From assembly GCA_051294375.1 (NCBI GenBank), contig CM119266.1, positions 16,300,087-16,364,086 of the forward strand: a stretch of DNA of 64,000 bases, in the 5' to 3' direction. This DNA is from Paraspadella gotoi. Lineage: Eukaryota; Animalia; Chaetognatha. Below are positions 53,380-64,000 of the stretch, in pieces; position 1 is the stretch's first letter; every line of letters begins with the position of its first letter. The notes beneath the pieces were generated by a model, which ran no database searches, was not told where the DNA came from, and worked only from the letters and a program-made list of their open reading frames with translations. Position numbers and translations under genes: made by a program.

Positions 53380-54385
53380 AAAATGGCGAAAAGCGTTTGC
53401 AACGCTGATTTCGTCACCAAACTCCGCCATTTTAGATTCGCTAAATAATTCTGCGTCTCTCTTTCCCTCGTTCTCTCGCGTCCTTTCTTCTCCCCCAACG
53501 AAAAAAAAAGTTGATGATTCATTGTCTTTGTTCGGCGGCAGCGAAGGGCCCGAACGCGCGTCGCTCGCGATTCCGCGCCTTCCGTCAACGAGCGTCGACT
53601 CGATTCCCATCTTCTCTCCTCTCTCGGCGTCACGTGACAGCTTCGTTTCCAAGGCGACGGCCAACCTTTCTTGTCAACGTTGTCGCTCAATTCTGGCCAT
53701 TGCATTGGCACGACGAAGCAACGACCGCGGGGCCAATAGGAGGCGAAGACCTTGCTGCTCGCGCTCTTATTGGATACGTTGTGAGTGTGAGATGGTTCAA
53801 TTTATAAGATGGGAACCTCGTAACTGAGGATAAAGAGTGGAAGAGTTACACGCGCGTGCTTTTACGTCCTTCTCACTGTCGCCTTTGTCGATATAAAATT
53901 GAATCTCTCTCTCCCTCCCTCTCTCTCTCTCTCTCTCGCTTTGCGCGAGAGAAAGGAATCTTCGTCCGATTTCGCCCCCGCTGCCGTCGGTCCGCCGCCG
54001 CGGCTGCACTGACCCACCTGCGGCTTTTTCATCGCTGACTGACTGAAAAGGCGAAGACAGAAGAGATAGCGTGAAAGTGAAAGAAAGAGATATTTTCGTC
54101 GTCCTCGTCGTCCATTCTCGAGGTGGACTTCCTGTTTCACAAAAGGGGAAAAAAAGAGAAAAACTTAACGACGCAAACGCAGAAAATTGTCTGTCTCCCT
54201 TCTTCTCGAGATCTTTCCCGGGTCTCTCTTTCCTTCTCTCTCAATCTCTCCCTCCATTCGATAACTTCGTCTCCGGGAAGGAAGAGGCGGAGGGTGGGCG
54301 TGGCTGCGGTGGCGCGCGCGCTTTCCCGGATGGAGTCGCTCCCGGGACCGAGACGTCGCGACGGCGTCACGTGAACGTGGTGAGT
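53380..54385 (+). promoter_or_regulatory. CpG-island-like putative promoter/first exon, probably for the downstream zinc-finger gene
   Basis: CpG-rich. GTCACGTG E-boxes at ~53629 and ~54366, three CCAAT/ATTGG boxes at 53700-53775, YY1-like AAAATGGCG at ~53380, a (CT)n tract, and consensus donors GTGAGT at 53781 and 54380. Confidence 0.45.
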
Positions 54386-54813
54386 TTATGGACCTCGTTT
54401 TTGACGTCGCTGCCCGCCGGTTATGAACTTCAGCGTTCGTTGTCTATGTCTTAGGGGTTACGTGAAAATGTTTTGACTTTTTTTATCTTTTATCTTATGT
54501 TTGGATACAGATGCGTTTGATGCTCATTTGGTGTCACTTTTTTTTCCCCCCGATTGCTGCTGCTTAGTTTGAAAAAAGCTTTTGTTTGTTGAGAGTTGAG
54601 ACCAATTCTATGTGGGACATTGCTAGGTGGTCACGAATTATACAAAATAGAATATGGAAATATTTCGACGAATTTTTAGCTTATCGGTCCCCTTCTTTGT
54701 CCCTCATCTCTGTCCCTTTCTCTCGTTTCGGTGCGAAAGTTGGAAAAGTTGGATTCTTTGCGAATAGTCTCCCGAGATTCTACCGTTTTCCACCTCATCG
54801 CTTTTTCTTCCCA

Positions 54814-54854
<41 letters not shown>

Positions 54855-56183
54855 TCTCTCTCAAAAGCTCTCTCGTTCTCACGCTCCATCAGTCAAATCG
54901 CGTTAAACACACTCTTTTAAGTCTCCGACGCACGACGAAGGGATAAAAAGTAAACATCACCCCAAAGGTTTGAGAGGCAGGATTTTTTTTATCTTTTTCA
55001 CCAATCAGAACGCGACTTTAGTTTCTTAAGACCAATCCGCGCGTGCTTATGAGAAAGCTTTCCCCCTTTCTTTCATCCGGTTTTCAGTTTTTATTCAGTT
55101 TCTCATTTTCCACTCCATTTTTTAACACGCGAACTTTAACCTGTACTAGCATAAGAGAGGAAAAAATAGAAGAAAAAAAAATAGGTTCAAGTCGGCGTGA
55201 AAACTGTCGGTGATGGAATGGGGGAAAAAGAAGCGAATATTTTTGTGGCTTAACTGAATATTTTGTAACGGTATGTATGTCTGATGTGGTCCTTTGTAGA
55301 AACAATTTTTGTTTCGTCTCTCTGTAAATATTTTACACGAATTTTTCACTTTTCTTTTATTTCCTTCTCTTTCTTTTTTTCCTTCTTGGCTGAATATTTT
55401 TTCCGGTCTATTTCCAGGGTGATCATTTGTTGGTGCTTGACTTCCGGGCCTATCATGCTCCGGGCGGTCGTGAGCGTAATTTTCTTTCAGAAAATATTTA
55501 TATATTTAGGTCGAGATATTAAATTGGTAGGTTTAAAGGGACGGGATCGAAACTATCGAACGTAGTTAGATCGAAGCTTTCTACGCAGTTGCTCCAAGCA
55601 GAATTTTTCTTTCCCAGAGAACTCACCATTTCCCTCCTCTCCACTTCTAGTCCTCCGAATACTTGAAATCCCAATTGGGTTTACGAAATTTAATTTTGTA
55701 GGTGCCTTCTTTTTAAAGACGCACCGAGCGACCCTTCGCTATACTTTTCCTACAAAATTGAAACGTCAATGTTGATATAATTTAATAATAAGTCGTTTTA
55801 AAACTTTTTTGAAACACTATAAATAAATTTGAAGTGAGAAATGTGATAGGGAATAATTTTTTTCAGCTTTTTTTAACAGAGTTTTGACTTGATTCTGCTT
55901 CTGTCTGCATTAAATATTCAATTTTACTCTCCGTATTTTCCAAACCGACTTTCTTACAGTTATTGATTTTTTATTTATTTTCCTAACCTGCTCCACTATA
56001 TGAGGCTGTTTTCAAAAACCTTCATTTTACTCACCAACCTTCCTGAACGGCCCCTCTTCCCTGTACAAAAAAGTATTTTCTAAGAAATGCAAATGGAGGC
56101 GTCAAAATCAATGGAAGACGAAATTATTCAAATCCTTGGCGACTTGTGTTAACGTTGTCACCGATTCTGTCTTGTCCCCCCCC

Positions 56184-56227
<44 letters not shown>

Positions 56228-56617
56228 CTCTTTCTTTCTCTCTTTCTTTATCTTTTTCTTTTTTTTTGTTTCTTTCTTTTCTCTTTTTTTATTTTCTTTC
56301 AATATTTCATTCTTTTCTCTTTTTATAATTCTCTTTCTTTTTTTCTTTTTCCTCACTTTCTCTTTCCTTCTGTCTTCTGGACGGTTCTAATAGGTTCTAT
56401 GTTTCACTTTAATCGGAAGACTCATTTTTTGGAATCTCGTTCTTTATGGAAATAAATATTATTATTTAATTGTTTCAAATTATAACAATCTTGTTGGTTT
56501 TGTTCAGTGAGCGGTGGCAACGACGACTATGACTACGATTGGGAGAGAAGCATCATGATGGCAGACTTTTCTTTTTTTGCCTGGTCATTTTCGATTGCAT
56601 GTCGACAACTGTCCCTC

Positions 56618-56649
<32 letters not shown>

Positions 56650-57838
56650 TTCTCTCTTGAACACAATTACTTTTTTCTCTTTTTTAGCTTTTGCTTTTCC
56701 GCCATCTTGAAATAATCCTATTCGCGGTTTTCTAATTTTGCAGAATGTTTAAAATTCTAGTCGAAATATATACCAAAAAAATATTTATTGCTAATTTTTA
56801 AACATTATTGTTTTTATTATATAACATGTTGCGCTCTCTTTTTGTCATTCTCTCACTCTGCCCCCCCCCCCTCCATTCCCTCTCCCTCCCTCACCCTTTT
56901 TCTTTCTATTCCCCAATTTCCAATCTGCGAATCGTGAGTTCGAATCCGACGGCGGAACACTTTCTCGCCCTATTTTTTCAGAAGTTTTAACCAACCCCCT
57001 TCAACGTGAAGGAATTAGATTATGATTCGTCTGCGTTGAATTCGGATTAGTCATGAGTTGGAGAGACCAGCAGTTGTTTTAGTCAAAAACGGAAGAAATG
57101 AGAGAGGGAAGAGGAAATTCTATGTTGGGACAAGTTTTTTCACTCTGGTCGGTTGTAATGTTCTCTTTTTTTTCTTTTTTTTTTTTTTGGTCTGACACGG
57201 GCCCTTTAGTCTAACTCTAAAGTTTAGAGTTAGACTTAATGCTTGTTTTTCAACAATCGTTCTCGGCACGTAAACTAAACTTTTACTGGTGAGGGAAATA
57301 CCGGTTAATTATCCGAGTTTTTTTATTTCTGCGCATATTATATTTCGGTGTATAATTTTCTTCTGTCGCACTACGAAAAGGCTCAATTATCTGGTGGTCA
57401 CAAGGAAGCTCCTTAAATACCTTCACTTACAAAGAAGAACGAGGGAAAAAAAATGAAAATGGGCCTATTTGATCGCCTAATTCTGTTTTATATTTTTAGT
57501 TCTTCTTACTGAAGAAACTGGATCCAAATTGTCGATTAATGATTATTCGTATCTCGTGTCATGTAAAACCGAAAGGCGTCAGACGTGTTTCTGCTTTTAG
57601 CCCGATATCTCCGAGCATAGCCAAAGTTTTCAACTCGTTAAATTCTCCGTCCCCAATTCAATTCTAGATTTTTACGTATTCGATTTAAAAATAGATCTAA
57701 TTTTTTTTTAATGCTAAAAGTATCACACGCGATTCGGTATGGATATCCCGCACAAACCTCTTCAAAAAGAAATAAATATTGTCACATATTTTAAACTTAT
57801 CTCGTTTAGATTCGACGACTGATCCGATTCAACAACAA

Positions 57839-58064
57839 ATGGAGGAACGACAACAACAGCAGCTCCCTATATCCCGTACGTCCTTGACCATGTCGTCGTC
57901 GTCCGCTCCGCGAGTGCACCATCCCCTTCCCATGACGCTCGCCAATAGCATGAACTATTCGAACTCTAACCCCCCAGTCAACCCGAGGTCCAAATCTTTG
58001 ACTGACCTTTCTTCCAAGCCAAATGCCGTTGAAAGTGCCAGTCTCGGGCTCGGAAAGGGAAAAG

Positions 58065-58140
<76 letters not shown>

Positions 58141-61100
58141 CGAAATAAATTGAATACCTTTTTCTTATATACACTGTATATTATACAGTGCATAATATTT
58201 TTGATACATTTTATAAGACCAAAACCATCAGTCTGAATTCATTTCGTTTGTTTTGACGGGCTACTAATTAACTATTATTAAGTTGTATCTTTATTAAACT
58301 CTTCATTTTAATACTTTGAAAAATGATAATTTTTAACAAACCATTTTTTTTTCTCACGACTCTCTTCCAGAACCGAAGCCAAAGAAAAAGTCGGGCGGCC
58401 TGTTGGACCGCATCGCGGGCAACCTCGCCGCGCGCGCGATCCAAAACGCCTCATCGCCTTTGTCGACGTCCGCTCCGCCGCGTCGGGCGTCTGAATCCGA
58501 CGACGACGCCTCCTCCACGCGCAGCAGCGTCGACCTGACGTCTGGAAGCCGCGCGAGCGTCGAGCGCGAGGAAGACGCACGATCGATTGAAGACGCAACG
58601 CGTCCTCTCCCTGTTCGGCTTCCCGAAACTGCCGCTCTCGGTGCCATCTCCCAAGAAAGAGTAGAAAAACTGCAAGCATTTTTGGCGTCTAAGAAGACGC
58701 CGACCATTGTAGATAGCATTGCTTCCAAGTCATCAGAATCTTCAACTCGTCGAGATTTTATCGGAGACACCCAAAGATCCCTCCGGGACCTGGCGTTGCA
58801 GCGTGGCTTTAAACCCCCGGTCATCAAACCCTCACAGATCGCGACGGCGATACCGGCGCCGACGGCCGTTCCCCGATCGGCTGCTTTGTCTCAGGCACAA
58901 GGAAAGAGTGTCTTAAGCGACGCGAGAAAAGCCAGTGCCTCGACGGAATCGAATTCCGCGCCGGCGATTCATTCGGGTGAGATTTCTCGGGCCGTTGCAA
59001 AAAAAGCAGGTGAAAACCCCATTAACAACAACAACAACGACGCTGGAAAAGCATTCGCGGACTTTCCTCACGAGCGAGCAGGCTTTTCCATCGCTTTTGC
59101 CAAAGCAATGAATCAAGATTGGCGAGCAAACTGTCCGCGTCCCAATTTGGAGCTGGAAACGCGGATCATGGCTGAGAGACTTGGCAAGGCTCAGCGTCGG
59201 TTGGTGCAGTCGTCACAGGCTGCACGATCGGCACCCAGATTGGATGTTCCGGCGCCGGTGTCGGTCGCGAGTCAGGTCCACGAGCCGCCGCCCTTGACTC
59301 CGTTGTCGCAACTCCATCCCGACTTCACAACCAACCACGCCAAAGCGGACAAACTTCGTGATCTTCACATTACGAAGCAAATACAGAGCAATCTTTTGGC
59401 CAACCAACAACAACAGTTGCAACAATCATTAAAGAAATTGCAGATGCAGCATTTGCAGAAAATGACAGAGAAAAATACGGAAATCATTGTTTCAAATAGG
59501 ACAGAAAAGCCTCCGTCCACAGTTTTACAGCATTTCCCCAAGTCAACGTCCAGCGATATTATTGATTTGACAGCGGACGAGGTTGGTCCTAGTTTTCCTG
59601 GCGTTTCGCAGTTCAACTCGTCAACAAAAAGTGGTTCCAGTGATTCTCGAGGAAATCTGGCAGCAGCAGCTGGCTTGTCAGAAAGCATTTTACAGCTACA
59701 TGATATGGTGAGCAGCATGAATTCGATGAAACCTCAAACAAAAATGCAGCATAGCTCGCCGTATTTTGAAGAAACTTTGAAAGGAAATCCACATGAAGTT
59801 TCAGCAAAACGCAACCAGGCAGAACACCTGAAGGTAACCCATGCCGCCATGCGAGATCAGGAGCATGTTAAATATTTGAACGCAGAAATGATTTTGGACG
59901 AATCCGCTCAAAATTTTGTGTGCAAATCTTGTTCAATGACTTATCGTGATCTCTTAGCATATCAACGCCATGTCCATACCCGTCATGGCCAAGAAGCTCT
60001 CTATGTCATTGGATGTAAATATTGTCATGCACTGAAAACTCCTTGTCTTTACAATAGCCTCTATGCACTTCGCCAACATTTTGAAGCTGTTCATAAGCAA
60101 AAGCCTAAGCGGAGTGACTTGTATATTCAACTTATTGGTCCGGTTGGGACCGTTGAGAACTCCTCTTCAAATCTCACAACAAACTCCCAATCAGAGACAT
60201 TACAATGTCAGCCCCCATTTCTTCCTCCGGGACCCCAGTTTCAAACTCTTCATCAAAGCCTAGCCACAGTTCCAACTGAGATTACCATACCCAATAACAC
60301 GGGGACAGTTCCCGATTTAATTCCGAAAAGATTACCAACGCAATGTCGGGTTTGCGGAAAAACCTTTTCATCGGGAATGTTTTTTGAAAACCATTTTAGA
60401 ATGGCTCATGAAAGAGAACCCACAGAGTATGATATGGTTCTGTTGCGTTCCCTTCCAGGAGCACCCGGCTCTTATGCGCCAGTAATAAATCCTGAAGAAA
60501 ACATTCCGGTTCAAAAAGATGACCAAGAAACTAGAGATGAAATTCCTGCGATTGATGAAAATGTTGAAGTTGAATGTAAACGATGCATGGGTAAATTTCC
60601 CAGTCAATTGCATTTATTTAATCATTTTCTTATTGTTCACAAACTTCATCCAACGGTTTCGGACATGGTAATAAGAAAGATAAACAGGACCTCTAATCAG
60701 GAATCACCTAACCTTAATCTTCCAATGGGCATTACAATAAAAAAAGAAATTGAAGATGACTGTATTATACTTGAAAAAGAATTAGAACAAAAAGCTAAAA
60801 ATGTTGAGAATGAGTTAAGCAAAACAGTTTCGGCACCCATGAAATCTGCCATTGAAAGTAAAACAGAAAAGCTGCCTGCACCTAATCCGAAATTGAATAA
60901 TACTTCTGTTATTGAACCCAATGAGGAAAGATACTCTCCTATCCCTCCTACATCTTTGGCCGAATCCAATCATGCTGAAACTGGAAGGATTATATTGAGA
61001 ATCGAGAAAGGGGCAGACGGTAAACGAAGAGCAAGTAGCGAAATTACAACTAGAATTGCAACCGATGCAAAGAAAGATGATTTGAAAAATTCTTCCTCTA

Positions 61101-64000
61101 AGAGCAGCCCTGCGGCTCAAGCTAGCAAGGAATCTTGGTCATTATCGGAAGAAGATGAAATTGGAATTTCTGAAGGAAACTCTAATTCTATAATATTAAA
61201 AAAGCAACAAGATTATTTAAATATTACCTGTAAATTTTGCAAGATTCCGTTTACATTACAAGCTTTGAATATGTATGATAGGCATCTTGTCATGGCACAT
61301 AAAGGCCAGTTGGACAGTGATACTGACTGTAAAGCATTTGAATGCACTTTATGTCCGGCAGCTTTTACATCTTCAACGCTCCTTTTGGAACACATATCAG
61401 AGACCCACAGCGAAATTAACTTAGTTAAATTCACTTGTAAGCATTGTCAAAAAACATTCAAAAGTGCTAACAAGCTTGAGTTCCACATATCTCAAAAGCA
61501 CAGTTCACCAAAATGTTCTTTCTGTGGAATGATATTTCAAAACCACAAACAACATAAACATCATATGAAATCAGTACATGAGAGTAATTTTGGAAAATCT
61601 GTTTCTCCAACAAAACACACAGATTCTCAAGTCTTAGAAGAGACAAGTGAAGAATCTTCTTCATCATCCGAGCTAGTTAACTCGGCTGTCACAGATCGTG
61701 ATAATACCCAAGAAAATATTGTGTCTTCTACTTCTGATGTGTCAAAAACAGGCAAAAAGCCAGATTCTATAAAGATACGAATTCCAAAGAATTCTCTGGG
61801 GCAAGAAAATGAAAAAATACCTGGTGAAGACTCTCAAGATACAAAGGCTACTAAGAATAAATCAGAAGTACCCAACGTGAAGCCGAAATCTCCGCAGGTT
61901 CTTCATTCGTTTTACAAGAAGCGTGTTAATGATGCCTTAAAACGTCAGCGTCAACCTCCACAAGCACCCTCGGGCGTTCCTCTGTTTGGCACCAGAACAA
62001 TCGATACTGAAGGTCGTCAAATCAAATTGCATCTGTCTGCCGAAGAGAAGTCACGCCTGATCTGTCAACAGGCCTTGGAGAGAGCTATGGGAGGATCTGG
62101 TGGGATTATTCCGGGAGCCACAGTATCAGCTGAAGGAAAATTCAAGCCACTTGTTCCGGCTTCAAAAGCCAGACGGACAACTGAAGTGAATGTGTCTAAA
62201 AGCAAAGAAAAATCTGAGGCTCCACTTCTCAACAGAAATGAAGCAAATCATATGGAAGTTAAAAACGTTTCTAACGACACACTTGTAGCTAAAGCAGAAG
62301 AACCCGCGGTGACAAAACCAAAACTAGCAGACGTAGGACACAAAGTGGATCAAGAAAAAGTTTCACTCTCTCCAACTAAAATGGATACAGATGCGATAAC
62401 AGAGAATCAGAATGAAAAACTCGCCGTTTCTCACGAGACTGGCTCTGAAGAGTATATGTTTACTTCTTCCGAGGAACATAAACAAAAGTTTTTGAAAACT
62501 TTAGAACTTGGACAAAAGAGAAAAGTTGAAACACCGGAAAAAATTATTGAGTGCAAAAAACCAAAATTAGATACAAAAGAAATAGAAACAGATGACAAAA
62601 CTCCTAGTGGCAACGCTTCTACTATTTACGAAGACAAACGAACGGTGAAAGACAGGTTGATGGGTCGTGTAACAAGGAGATCCGGTGGCCTCAAAGAAGC
62701 CATCGCATTTACTACTCGAGAGTTGGTAAAACTTGCATCGCAAGGTCCGGTAGAAATACGAAATCTGGTGTCTGATGGAGCAGAATCAGAGACCAACCTT
62801 ATACACGGAATATTAAAAGAGCATGGAATAAGTTCCGATCTCATGACGCCCAAGAAAACACTAAGCAAAGAAGGGCAAAAAATTATGAAAGAGCGCGTCT
62901 TAGCTGCCGAAGAAAATGCATGTGTTGATACAAATAATGAAAATATAGCGACAGACGAGACTTTTGACGAGGAAGATATTGAAGAGAAAGAAGAAGAAAT
63001 GCCGCAAGTCCCTAATTTCAACCCTGAGGATACCCAATGCCATCTCTGTAACAGGAAATTTAGCACGGCATGGCATGCCAAGCGGCATTTTCTATTTACT
63101 CACAAATTTAAATCCGAAGAAGATGATCAACTCGAGGACGATAAAAATGATAAAACAGATAATGAAAAATCGGTGTCAACAGTAACTGTAGTTCACGGCG
63201 AAGAGCAATGTAGACTTTGTAGTAGAACGTTTAGTTCTTTCTGGAATGCCAAAAGACATTATACACTCGTACATAAGGTGAATTTGAAAGTTGTGAGGGA
63301 TGAGATTAAATCTGAACAAAATTCTTCAGTTATGGAAACTGATGAGCCATCTTGCTCTGAAGAATCTGTCAAAACAGATTATTGTGAAACATCATTCATT
63401 GAAGAAAAGCCAAGACAGCAACCAGTGAAAACAAAGAAGATTGAGCTCTTTAATAAGTTGGAGAAAGCTCAGGAAAAACATTTAGAAAACGTTTTTAAGG
63501 ATTCTCCTGAAGAATCTGAACCCCAAGGATCAAGTGAGGAAAATTGTGAAATAGTTGAAACAAACCCTCCGACCCGTGGAAGAAGTAGATTCTCGCAATT
63601 AAAAATTGACGCGAAGCAGACACGGTCGTCATCCAGAGATTCGAGCGGATCGATAACATCTAAAATAGCTAAACCATTGAAGGGCCCTGCTACAAAACAA
63701 AAATCGGGAAAAATTGGAAGACCTAAAATGCTGTCAACTTCAAAGTGTGATACCAAAAATGAAATCACAAAGGCTGTTAGAGTAGCCAAGATAAAGAAAT
63801 CCTTAGTAACTGAAAAAGCTGTTAGGGCAGCTAAAGCAGTGCTCCAAAAAAATCTCAAAAAACCTGATAAAACCATCAAGGGCAAAAAAGCAAGCGCGAA
63901 GAAAGTGATTGTCAAGAAAAAGGCGATTAAAGCTGTGTTAAAATCGAAACACTCGCAAAAAACAATAGCGAAAAAAGGTAAAGGCAAAGAGGTCGTGATC
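57839..64000 (+). CDS. Large multi-C2H2 zinc-finger protein (>1950 aa, 3'-incomplete); exons 57839-58064 (exon starts 57810) and 58371->64000
   Basis: A phase-1 GT-AG intron joins ...GLGKGK to EPKPKKKSGG..., and the frame reads open to the window end, so the ORF track omits it. Ten fingers, e.g. CKSCSMTYRDLLAYQRHVHTRH, CRVCGKTFSSGMFFENHFRMAH, CTLCPAAFTSSTLLLEHISETH, CKHCQKTFKSANKLEFHISQKH, CHLCNRKFSTAWHAKRHFLFTH, CRLCSRTFSSFWNAKRHYTLVH. Lys-rich tail. Upstream coding exons are possible. Confidence 0.88.
58067..58140 (+). repeat. (ATT)n microsatellite directly after the splice donor
   Basis: Directly visible; gives the poly-I and poly-N runs in the ORF track. Confidence 0.97.

Noticed and set aside
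43915-56094. Four octamer motifs ATGCAAAT (43915, 48805, 52647 reverse, 56087)
   Set aside because: An AT-rich 8-mer, not clearly above chance over this distance and not clustered.
58308-63987. Numerous minus-strand ORFs over the last 6 kb
   Set aside because: Antisense shadows of the plus-strand zinc-finger exon.

Overview
Eukaryotic, most likely compact invertebrate-animal genomic DNA: GT-AG introns mostly 60-400 bp, abundant (GA)n/(CT)n tracts and TTAGGG-like repeats. The host cannot be named from sequence alone. From left to right: (1) a 5.4-kb nested inverted-repeat block around a degenerate, 5'-truncated Penelope-like retroelement (RT + GIY-YIG), with a minimal hammerhead ribozyme in each inverted pseudo-LTR; (2) a 4-exon minus-strand gene (~1044 aa) joining an apparently catalytically dead TET-like domain to two C2H2 fingers and a C-terminal C-clamp, which is the most unusual item; (3) a 9-exon EF-hand gene; (4) a secreted long coiled-coil protein in one coding exon; (5) a Ser/Pro-rich zinc-finger gene; (6) a complete 11-exon iterative type I PKS (KS-AT-DH-MT-ER-KR-ACP, no TE, ~2405 aa); (7) a ~19-kb stretch with no convincing coding sequence and a 10-N gap; (8) a large multi-C2H2 zinc-finger gene that runs off the window end and is missing from the ORF track. 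Gene models were built by hand from splice signals and frame continuity. Homologies are recognised from remembered motifs; no searches were run.
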